Origin: Methanobacteriota archaeon
Lineage (GTDB): Archaea > Methanobacteriota_B > Thermococci > Methanofastidiosales > B48-G16
Length of the DNA: 46,724 nt
Reading direction: 5' to 3'
NCBI GenBank assembly: GCA_034659995.1
Contig: JAYEIH010000088.1
Span: 1-46,724, forward strand
Shown here: one piece after another, positions 38,928-46,724 of the stretch
How the letters are laid out: each line of letters starts with the position of its first letter
Position numbering within the stretch: position 1 is the first letter of the stretch
Position numbers and translations under genes: made by a program
Notes under the pieces: generated by a model
Databases searched by the model: none
The model's input: the letters and a program-made list of their open reading frames with translations, nothing else
What the model was told of the DNA's origin: nothing

Positions 38928-40225
38928 TATCTTTTGAACTCCACGTTTAGGTAATGCGTTGAGCATGAGATGCAGGGATCGTACGCACGAACAAGCATCT
39001 CGAGGTTCAGCTCGATCTCTTTTTCAGATTTATCAAGAAGCGTTGGTGCAAAGGCCTCCATATCTCTGTTTATATTGTTGTGGTTCTGGTTGGTGGGTAT
39101 TACGAGGTTCGCCTTTGTACATAGGCCTTCATCGTTGTAGGTGTAATCGTGGAAAAGTATCCCCCGCGGCACCTCTACGGCAGCAATTCCACGGCCTGCT
39201 TTTATCTCATACTTCGCATTATCCTCCTTTTTCAGATCCTTGCCCAGAAGACTATCAATAAGTGCAATTGAATCCTCCACCGAGTGATAGTACTCCACCA
39301 GCTGTGCAATATTATTCATGAAGGGATTATAGTTGATAGCCTCCAGCCCGAACTTCTCGGCCCACTCCTTGGCCAGTGGTTTCAGCTGATCCGAGTTCAG
39401 ATTGAACCGTGCCAGAGCACCGACCATATATGATTCCCGCGCATGTTTGGCAAACTTTGCGGTGGAATTAGGTACTAAGAACTCATTGACAATAGATTCG
39501 TACTCTTTCACAGGGTGCGTGCCCGTATCCGTGGATCCAATTTCTCCATCGTACAGTGCGTACTCTTCGCCCGTGAGCCCTACGTACTCCGTTTCTCTGC
39601 TGAAATCGGGCAGTGCATCGGAGTTATCCAGTATTATCTGGGCAACATCATCGCAAATAGGAACAATATTATTCAGATTCTCCCTGAGCCTTTTAAACTG
39701 TCTTTCCGAGGGTATTTCGGTGAATCCCCCAGGTATCAACGTTATCGGATGTGTCGTTCTTCCGCACATGAGATCGGACATCTCATTGGCCAGTCGATGC
39801 ATCTTTATAATCTTGAGCACCGCATCCTTGTGCGTCTCGATCATTGGAAAGACGCTTCCCGCATTGAAGAGATCGGGTGCCACAAGGTAACCGACATGTA
39901 AAATATGGCTCTGCATATTCTCCGCATGAAGTGCAATCTTCCGCAACTGTACGGTCTGTTCTGATAGACCAATCCCCATCGCCGCTTCAGTAGCCTTCAG
40001 CGAGCAAAGAGCGTGCCCGATAGAGCATATCCCACAGATTCGAGAGGTTATATGTGACATTTGATGATACGGCCTCCCTCTTAAAAAAGACTCGAACATT
40101 CTAGGTGCTTCAGAGACCTGCCATTGTACCTTCTCAACTGCACCGTTTTTTGCGTTGAGTACTACGTTACCGTGACCTTCCACTCGTGTTAAATGTTCTA
40201 CGTTGATATTAATCTCTTTACTCAT
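38927..40225 (-). CDS. hydA: Group 3b [NiFe]-hydrogenase large (alpha) subunit
   Basis: RVEGHG, RICGIC, EVPRG, PTNQN, RAYDPCISCSTH plus cleavable tail. Confidence 0.95.
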   Translation of the reverse strand: MSKEININVEHLTRVEGHGNVVLNAKNGAVEKVQWQVSEAPRMFESFLRGRPYHQMSHITSRICGICSIGHALCSLKATEAAMGIGLSEQTVQLRKIALHAENMQSHILHVGYLVAPDLFNAGSVFPMIETHKDAVLKIIKMHRLANEMSDLMCGRTTHPITLIPGGFTEIPSERQFKRLRENLNNIVPICDDVAQIILDNSDALPDFSRETEYVGLTGEEYALYDGEIGSTDTGTHPVKEYESIVNEFLVPNSTAKFAKHARESYMVGALARFNLNSDQLKPLAKEWAEKFGLEAINYNPFMNNIAQLVEYYHSVEDSIALIDSLLGKDLKKEDNAKYEIKAGRGIAAVEVPRGILFHDYTYNDEGLCTKANLVIPTNQNHNNINRDMEAFAPTLLDKSEKEIELNLEMLVRAYDPCISCSTHYLNVEFKR

Positions 40226-40985
40226 CTTCTTTCACCTCCTCAAGATAACGGTGTGTAAATATTGATTTTCTCTTGAGAATATCCTCAACTGTGAGCCCGT
40301 ACTTCTCGAGGACCTCCTTATGTGCTCTTTCTTCCGGATGACTGATAAATCCACGGCATCCTTCACACTCATTTCCATGAGAGGGACAGATGGCGCCGCA
40401 TCCTGCTCTCACTATAGGTCCCAGACAAATCTTTCCCTGCTCAAAAAGACAGACATTTTCCTTTTTTTTGCACTCAACACAAAGAGGATAATCTGGAATT
40501 GGCGGCTTTTTTCCCTGTACTAATGCGACAAGAACCCTGACAAACTCATCTCTATCTATGGGGCAGCCAGGTACACATGCGTCTACTTTCACTACCTCAT
40601 CCAACGCTTTGGTGTGGAAATTTTTAAAATAGGGGTTGTCCTCTGTATTTAGATTATCCTTGCCGTAAACAACATCCTTACTTTCCTCTATGGGCCACTG
40701 GTTGAGCATCCGCTGGACAGAGCCTATACAGGCACACGCGCCGAGTGCCACAAGAGTATCAGCATTTTCTCGTATCTTTTTCAGCCGCTTCTCATCCATT
40801 GGTCTCATTATTGATCCTTCAACTACTGCAATATCGTACTCATCGCTGTGTTCTTTCATCACCTCTCTGAACGAAACGATATCTACTAATTTTGTCACGT
40901 CAATGACTGCTTCCTCAAGGTTTGCTATCTGCAACTGGCAGCCCTCACAGCTTGCAAAATCAAAAAACGCTACTCTCGGTTTCAT
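40218..40985 (-). CDS. hydD: Group 3b [NiFe]-hydrogenase small (delta) subunit
   Basis: SCEGC, VEGS, GACA, PGCP, CVEC...CLGP..RAGC...CP....CEGCRG. Confidence 0.93.
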   Translation of the reverse strand: MKPRVAFFDFASCEGCQLQIANLEEAVIDVTKLVDIVSFREVMKEHSDEYDIAVVEGSIMRPMDEKRLKKIRENADTLVALGACACIGSVQRMLNQWPIEESKDVVYGKDNLNTEDNPYFKNFHTKALDEVVKVDACVPGCPIDRDEFVRVLVALVQGKKPPIPDYPLCVECKKKENVCLFEQGKICLGPIVRAGCGAICPSHGNECEGCRGFISHPEERAHKEVLEKYGLTVEDILKRKSIFTHRYLEEVKEDE

Positions 40986-42895
40986 CAGAACGCCTCCGGA
41001 AGGTCCTTTATATCTTTATAATTAAACACCGGGCCATCCTTGCAGACATAGATACCATTAATCTGGCAGTGTCCACACTTTCCCACACCGCATTTCATCC
41101 TTCTCTCCAATGAAACAATGATGTTCTCCTCGGGCGTACCCAGATCTATTAAATCGCGAATGACGAATTTGTACATTATCGGGGGTCCCACCACGATAGC
41201 GATGGTATTCTCCGGATCGAACTCTGCTTTTGGTATAAGACAGGTGATCACCCCTACCTTACCGTCCCATTCTACACCCTCCGGACAGTTATCTATGGAC
41301 TTCAAAAACTGCACATCTTCACGTTTCTTCCACTGTGCCACCTCACCGGTAAAGAGCAGTTCAGAGGGTTTTTTGCAGCCGTAAAGGATAGTAACCTCGC
41401 CAAACTCCTTACGGTTGTTCAGCACGTAATTAATGAGCGACCTCATGGGAACAATGCCAATACCTCCACCGACAAAGAGAAGATTTTTACCTTTTAAAGC
41501 CTCAACATCAAAACCCTTTCCAAAAGGTCCCCTAATGCCTATCTTATCACCGGGTTTCATGGTGTGAAGTTTCGAGGTAACGTCTCCTACTTTTCTAACC
41601 ACGAGTTCGAAGATATTACCGTTTGGAGCGGACGATACAGATATTGGCGCTTCTCCGTACCCCATTATCGAAACCTCTACGAACTGACCAGGCTCATGTC
41701 CAAGCGGCTTACCATCATCAAGCTCTATCTCGAAAAGTGTTTCCAGTTCTGTGAGCTTTGCCACACGTTTAAGCGTGGCGGGTTTGGGTAGATGAAGCGG
41801 CTCCTCCGCGCTCGACGGCATGACATACTTCCCCAAAAGCGGTGTTACTTTCGGTTCCTTCGGTGAAAAGGAGATCCTCTCGGCAAGACTGTTCATCAGA
41901 TCCACCGGATCGGCGATGTCAGGTAAACACTGGCTGGAACAGCGGCCGCAGCCTACACAGGCCACAAACCCCAGCATGTCAGGAAGGTACCGTCCTTTTC
42001 GATTAAATCGATGTCTGTACCGCTCATCAAGTCCCTCTCTAAATATTTCTCCTGTGCCCACCTCAGTAAATCCTCTGAGCAGACAGCCGTCCCAGGTACG
42101 CACCCGCTCACCGGTAAGATCGAGGTAGACCTCATCATTGACGTCATAACAGAAACAGGTGGGACAGACAAGGGTGCAGGTCCCGCAAGCAAGGCACTTT
42201 TCCGCACGTTCCGCCCAGAAATCACTTTCGTACGCCTTCTCCATCAGACTGTGCCATTCTTTTGGTGGGACCTGAAGATCCCGTTTCGCCTTCTCCTCGG
42301 CATTAGCTACTGCGGCTTTGACCTGTGCTGCCTCCTCCGAAGAAGCATTCTGTACAGAGGCATGCTTTTTCAAGAGTTCTTTTCCTTTTTCTGTGCCTAT
42401 CTCAACAGCTATTTTATCACCAAGATCGGTAAGCATCAGGTCATAACCGGAATCAACAGAACCTGTGCCCATATCACCAAAAAAGGCCTTTTCTGCCACA
42501 TTTACCACATTCAAACCTATTATCAGCGTGTTCTTTCTTCTCTGAAGATATGAATCATCAACATGGGTATCTGTGAAGTACTTATCCATCTGTTTTATGG
42601 CCACAATATCGTAGGGATGAACTCCAATAATCACTCTTTTGCTGAAATCTTCCTCTTTTTCAACGGAAAATGACTTAGAGCTGTCGTAGGTCATCATCGT
42701 TTCATACTGCGGCAGAAAGTACTTCTTAGGTGGCAGAATCGTAGTGTCATAATCAAGTCGCAGCTCATCGCTTGATTCCAACGGGCCGAACACAAATTTC
42801 TCGCCTTTCGCTTTTGGCCCCTCAATGTTTAGTGAGTTAGTCTCTATTAGTGCATCAACAAATGTAAAAAAATCTTTTTTTGGCATTATTTTCAT
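40985..42895 (-). CDS. Fused sulfhydrogenase beta (4Fe-4S, AsrA-like) + gamma (FAD/NAD(P), 2Fe-2S, AsrB-like) subunit
   Basis: N-half CLACGTC...CPTCFC and CVGCGRC; C-half PGQF, RGPFGKGF, GGGIG, ERRMKCGVGKCGHC...VCKDGP. Confidence 0.9.
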   Translation of the reverse strand: MKIMPKKDFFTFVDALIETNSLNIEGPKAKGEKFVFGPLESSDELRLDYDTTILPPKKYFLPQYETMMTYDSSKSFSVEKEEDFSKRVIIGVHPYDIVAIKQMDKYFTDTHVDDSYLQRRKNTLIIGLNVVNVAEKAFFGDMGTGSVDSGYDLMLTDLGDKIAVEIGTEKGKELLKKHASVQNASSEEAAQVKAAVANAEEKAKRDLQVPPKEWHSLMEKAYESDFWAERAEKCLACGTCTLVCPTCFCYDVNDEVYLDLTGERVRTWDGCLLRGFTEVGTGEIFREGLDERYRHRFNRKGRYLPDMLGFVACVGCGRCSSQCLPDIADPVDLMNSLAERISFSPKEPKVTPLLGKYVMPSSAEEPLHLPKPATLKRVAKLTELETLFEIELDDGKPLGHEPGQFVEVSIMGYGEAPISVSSAPNGNIFELVVRKVGDVTSKLHTMKPGDKIGIRGPFGKGFDVEALKGKNLLFVGGGIGIVPMRSLINYVLNNRKEFGEVTILYGCKKPSELLFTGEVAQWKKREDVQFLKSIDNCPEGVEWDGKVGVITCLIPKAEFDPENTIAIVVGPPIMYKFVIRDLIDLGTPEENIIVSLERRMKCGVGKCGHCQINGIYVCKDGPVFNYKDIKDLPEAF

Positions 42896-42942
42896 TTTTA
42901 TCCTCCTTCCAGATCGAGTTAAAAGAATCTATTTTAAAATCC

Positions 42943-44292
42943 TCATTTCTCCAGTTTTTTAGAGATAATCTCCGCACATTTTATAATTGGGTACGCTGTA
43001 GGGGGTGCAGTGAGCAACGGATGCGTCCCTATCTGAGCAGTCAAAAGAGAGGTCACACTCATCTTGTTCTGAATAGCCAAACCTACGACATTTATGAGTT
43101 CTCCAGCACTTTTGCCTCCGGCAACCTGCCCGCCAAGAAGAATGCCAGATACCTTAGAAGCTATAAGTTTAACTTTTTGCTTGTGAGCATTTGGAAGTGA
43201 TCCGGGGTGTTTATCAACTTTTTCAAAACTACCGGTAATAATTTTAAATCCTTTTTCGTTTGCCTGTGATTCAGTTATACCTGTAGCAGCGAACCCTGCA
43301 TCTCCTATGGCAGTGGAAAAGATGCTAATAGTCCCATTAAACGTTTTTAGAATCTCAAACTCATAGAGGGTCATCCCAGCTATTCGCGCCTCTGTAGTAG
43401 CAGTTGAGGCAAGCATTACATTGTTCACTTTTCTTGTTATAAAGGATTTTTTCTCTGCACAGTCACCTACCGCAAGAATATCGGGATGATCCGTTCTCAT
43501 GTACTCATCCACCCAGATCGACTTTTTATTTCCGATTCTTATGCCTGCTTTTTCTGCAAGTCTGGAGTTAGGGCGGTATCCCATTGATAAAACAACGGCG
43601 TCACATCCTATTTTTTCTCCGTTTTCCAGTAAAACCGCACTAACCTTCTCGTTACCCAAAATTTCCTTTACCCCTGAACCTGCTTTTATTCTTATTCCTC
43701 TTGCTCTAAGTACATCCTCTGCTATAGATGCAAACTCCCCGTCAAAAGCGAGACCTAACACGTGGGGCAGCAGCTCAACTACAGTCACATCTTTGCCCAT
43801 TTTGGTTAACTCATCAGAGACCTCAACACCGATAAAGCCTCCCCCTATAACAATAATCTTTTTGCAATCCTTAAGCTTTGCCTTTACATCGTCCAAGTAT
43901 TTCTTGTCTTTCTTTATAAGAAAAACATTGTTAAGGTCAACGCCTTTTAGCCATTTGGGGTTGTATGGTGAAGAACCTGTGGCAAAAACGAGCTTTTCAA
44001 AGTTTATTTCTGTTCCATCCTCTGTTTTTGCAACTTTATTTTCCTTATTAATAGAAACAATCTCATCAATCTTAAGGTTCACGCCAGCGTTTTCCAGCAC
44101 TGCATCAGGAACAACATCCTTCTCACTGTTATCCAAAGTGCCAAAGATATACGGAATACCACAAGGAATTAATACCTTCTCCTCTTTTCGAACGACTAAA
44201 ATCTCCTTTTCTGGGTAATTTGACTTTGCGGTTACTGCTGTAACAATACCTGCGGGACCTCCACCTATTATTAAAACATTTGTTTTTTCCAT
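42943..44292 (-). CDS. CoA-disulfide reductase / NADH oxidase-like flavoprotein (Nsr-like)
   Basis: GGGPAG, redox Cys in PCGIPY, ATGS, GGGFIGVE, AVGDC. Confidence 0.85.
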   Translation of the reverse strand: MEKTNVLIIGGGPAGIVTAVTAKSNYPEKEILVVRKEEKVLIPCGIPYIFGTLDNSEKDVVPDAVLENAGVNLKIDEIVSINKENKVAKTEDGTEINFEKLVFATGSSPYNPKWLKGVDLNNVFLIKKDKKYLDDVKAKLKDCKKIIVIGGGFIGVEVSDELTKMGKDVTVVELLPHVLGLAFDGEFASIAEDVLRARGIRIKAGSGVKEILGNEKVSAVLLENGEKIGCDAVVLSMGYRPNSRLAEKAGIRIGNKKSIWVDEYMRTDHPDILAVGDCAEKKSFITRKVNNVMLASTATTEARIAGMTLYEFEILKTFNGTISIFSTAIGDAGFAATGITESQANEKGFKIITGSFEKVDKHPGSLPNAHKQKVKLIASKVSGILLGGQVAGGKSAGELINVVGLAIQNKMSVTSLLTAQIGTHPLLTAPPTAYPIIKCAEIISKKLEK

Positions 44293-44356
44293 ATTAAATC
44301 ACCTACTGTTTTTTCCATATGAACAAAGTTAAAAACATTTAAAAAATTTTGCAAAT

Positions 44357-45742
44357 TTATTCGTTCTCCGTTAAAACTTTATGAATATCTGCCGCGGATT
44401 TCTTCCCATTTCCCATGGCTGCAATAACCGTTGCCGCTCCGGAAGCAATATCTCCTCCTGCCCAAACTCTATCAAGAGTGGTCCTTCCATTTTTATCAAC
44501 GACAAGATTTCCCCATTTTGCTGTTTTGAGGCCATCTGTGGCCTGCGGAACGAGAGGATTCGGGCTCTGACCACACGCAACAATTACCTGATCAACATCC
44601 ATACGAACCTCCGTCTCAGGAATTGGTATGGGTCTTCTTCTTCCGGAGTCATCGGGTTCCCCCAATCTCATTTTAATACATTTCATTTCTTTAACCCATG
44701 AATCTTCATCACCCATAATTTTTGTAGGATTCATCAGGAGCTTAAACTCGATCCCTTCTTCTTTTGCATGCTCTATCTCCTCATTTCTGGCGGGCATCTC
44801 CTCTTCAGACCGCCTGTAGACAATACAAACTTTTTCAGCGCCAAGCCGCAACGCGGTTCTAGCTGAGTCCATTGCAACATTGCCAGCGCCAATAACGGCT
44901 ACTCTTCTTGCCTTTTTCACAGGTGTATCATACTCAGGAAAGAGATAAGCTTTCATAAGATTTACCCTTGTCAAAAGCTCGTTTGCAGAGTACACACCGT
45001 TTAAGTTCATGCCGGGGATATCCAAGAACCGTGGAAGACCTGCGCCCGTTCCTATAAACACAGCGTCATACTCCTCAAGTAACTCTTCTACAGACAGTAT
45101 TTTTCCGATGACATAATTTATTTTTATTTCAACTCCCAACTTTTTGATATAATCAATCTCGGTTTCTACAATCTTCTTTGGGAGTCTGTACTCCGGAATG
45201 CCGTAGGACAGTACACCACCTGGCTTATGAAGCGATTCAAACATGGTTACTTCGTGACCCAGTTTAGCAAGATCTCCCGCACATGTAAGCCCAGCAGGCC
45301 CCGATCCAACGATTGCAACTTTTTTTCCTGTAAATTTTGGCTTTTCTGGATGTTTTATACCATTGTTTACTTCCCAATCTGCAGCAAATCTTTCGAGTCT
45401 TCCTATCCCTACTGGTTCGAACTTCGTTCCCATAACACACTTTTCTTCGCACTGAGTTTCCTGTGGACAGACTCTGCCACAGATAGCAGGGAGATTATTT
45501 TTCTCCTTTATCTTTTTTATTGCTTCATTGAACTTTTTTTCCTTTATGAGTTTTATAAAAGCTGGAATGTCTATATCAACGGGGCAGCCACTCACACATG
45601 GTGGATTTTTGCATTGCAAGCATCTGTTCGCCTCTTTTAACGCATCTTCTTCAGTGTACCCCAGTGCAACTTCACTGAAGTTTTTTACTCTCTCCTTGGG
45701 GTCCTGTTCAGGAATTTTTGTCTTTTCTTTAATTATCGGCAT
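44357..45742 (-). CDS. nfnB: Electron-bifurcating transhydrogenase large subunit NfnB (SudA/GltD-like)
   Basis: RCLQC...CVSGCP, CGRVCPQETQCE, GSGPAG, GAGNVAMD, YRR, GD. Confidence 0.9.
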   Translation of the reverse strand: MPIIKEKTKIPEQDPKERVKNFSEVALGYTEEDALKEANRCLQCKNPPCVSGCPVDIDIPAFIKLIKEKKFNEAIKKIKEKNNLPAICGRVCPQETQCEEKCVMGTKFEPVGIGRLERFAADWEVNNGIKHPEKPKFTGKKVAIVGSGPAGLTCAGDLAKLGHEVTMFESLHKPGGVLSYGIPEYRLPKKIVETEIDYIKKLGVEIKINYVIGKILSVEELLEEYDAVFIGTGAGLPRFLDIPGMNLNGVYSANELLTRVNLMKAYLFPEYDTPVKKARRVAVIGAGNVAMDSARTALRLGAEKVCIVYRRSEEEMPARNEEIEHAKEEGIEFKLLMNPTKIMGDEDSWVKEMKCIKMRLGEPDDSGRRRPIPIPETEVRMDVDQVIVACGQSPNPLVPQATDGLKTAKWGNLVVDKNGRTTLDRVWAGGDIASGAATVIAAMGNGKKSAADIHKVLTENE

Positions 45743-45744
45743 TT

Positions 45745-46566
45745 TTATTCTTCCTCAAAGATTTCTACTGATTTTTTTTCTTCATCAAGATACATTTTCT
45801 GCCTCTCCATAAGTAGCTTAAAATCTACTTTGTGTGCATCGAAATCAGGGCCATCAACGCATGCAAACTTTGTTTCTCCCCCTACAGAAACTCTACACGA
45901 ACCACACATGCCCGTACCATCTACCATTATCGAGTTCAGCGATGCTATAGTCTTTACGTTATGAGGCTTTGTTACCTGTGCTGTCACCATCATCATTATC
46001 GCAGGACCGATTGTGATTACTCTGTTAATTTCCTTCTCCTCAAGCAACTCCTTAAGCACATCAGAAACAAACCCTTTTCGTCCGTAGGAGCCATCATCTG
46101 TTGTAATGTAGAGCTTATCTGAGATCTCATCCATCTCCTTTTCGAGTATCAGCAGCTCCTTGTTTCGTGCTCCTATAATTGAAATGACCTCATTACCGGC
46201 ATAGTTCAGAGCACGAGCCTGGGGATAGAGCGGTGCAACGCCAACACCTCCTCCCACGCACACAACGGTACCAAAGTTCTTCAGTTCCATTGGTTTTCCC
46301 AGAGGGCCCACAAAATCCTGTATTGCATCACCTTTTTCAAGCATTCCCAGCTGTTTTGTTGTCTTTCCAACTTCTTGAAATATAATTCTTACAGTTCCTT
46401 TTTGCGTATCTGTATTCACTACTGTAAGCGGTATTCTCTCTCCTTTTTCGTCCACGCATACAACGAGAAACTGGCCAGGGTTATATTTTCTCGCTATTAG
46501 GGGTGCTTTAACATCAAAGAGTTTTACATTTTCACTAAGCTTTTCTTTATGAATGATCCTATGCAT
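45745..46566 (-). CDS. nfnA: Transhydrogenase small subunit NfnA (SudB)
   Basis: PGQF, GERIPLT, GGGVG, MVDGTGMCGSCR, CVDGP. Confidence 0.92.
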   Translation of the reverse strand: MHRIIHKEKLSENVKLFDVKAPLIARKYNPGQFLVVCVDEKGERIPLTVVNTDTQKGTVRIIFQEVGKTTKQLGMLEKGDAIQDFVGPLGKPMELKNFGTVVCVGGGVGVAPLYPQARALNYAGNEVISIIGARNKELLILEKEMDEISDKLYITTDDGSYGRKGFVSDVLKELLEEKEINRVITIGPAIMMMVTAQVTKPHNVKTIASLNSIMVDGTGMCGSCRVSVGGETKFACVDGPDFDAHKVDFKLLMERQKMYLDEEKKSVEIFEEE

Positions 46567-46597
46567 GGTATCACTACAGAGGGGCCTATGAAAATGT

Positions 46598-46611
46598 ATA
46601 TTTAAAAGTTG
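46598..46611 (-). promoter_or_regulatory. TATA box of nfnAB
   Basis: Minus strand CAACTTTTAAATAT about 35 bp upstream of the start. Confidence 0.5.
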
Positions 46612-46724
46612 TGTTCGACAATTGACGGAGAATCAACAGTTGAGAGGAGCAAAGCATTTAAAGAAAAAGAAGTATACGAAAAAAAAACTTTCTTTTTTAG
46701 AAAACCTTTTAAAGTCTACTCCTT

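Noticed and set aside
38927-40985. Selenocysteine in hydrogenase subunits
   Set aside because: All ligand positions are Cys codons (DPCISC) and there is no in-frame TGA
43499-44218. Long antisense ORFs (this 239-aa one, and e.g. 11105-11599, 33596-34108, 42011-42553)
   Set aside because: Shadows of well-supported genes on the opposite strand, with no motifs or RBS
44357-45742. Glutamate synthase small subunit call
   Set aside because: Paired with NfnA/SudB and no large subunit nearby, so Nfn is the better interpretation
1-46724. CRISPR arrays, IS elements, rRNA, defence systems
   Set aside because: No regularly spaced repeats, transposase/integrase motifs or rRNA-like sequence seen by eye; subtle ncRNAs cannot be excluded without an Rfam search

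Overview
Gene-dense, AT-rich archaeal chromosomal segment. Evidence: AGGTGA/GGAGG RBSs, BRE-TATA promoters, oligo-T terminators, and archaeal markers ABCE1, RqcH, Trm112, Cgi121, NreA, RibL, cdrS-ftsZ and a DRG GTPase. The gene content suggests an anaerobic peptide fermenter, possibly Thermococci-related (Methanofastidiosia/Theionarchaea-like); this is inference only. The left ~34 kb is mostly housekeeping: Na+-PPase, PEP synthase, glutamate dehydrogenase, enolase, tRNA-Ala(CGC), PiT/DUF47 and iscU-iscS. It also holds two adjacent frameshifted genes (M20 peptidase, CPA2 antiporter) and several uncharacterised membrane proteins. The right ~12 kb is one co-oriented minus-strand run: nfnAB, CoA-disulfide-reductase-like flavoprotein, group 3b [NiFe]-hydrogenase with a fused beta-gamma subunit, maturation protease, OsmC-like, MoeB-like E1, two tandem MoaD/SAMP-like proteins, an in-frame 5'-truncated nadA remnant, YHS-permease and VIT1. 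The best novelty candidates are the hydrogenase-linked OsmC/E1/twin-Ubl module and a membrane-anchored coiled-coil protein with a 14-Cys tip encoded just before ABCE1. No CRISPR array, rRNA, transposase or integrase was seen. All family calls come from motif recognition by eye; no database searches were run.
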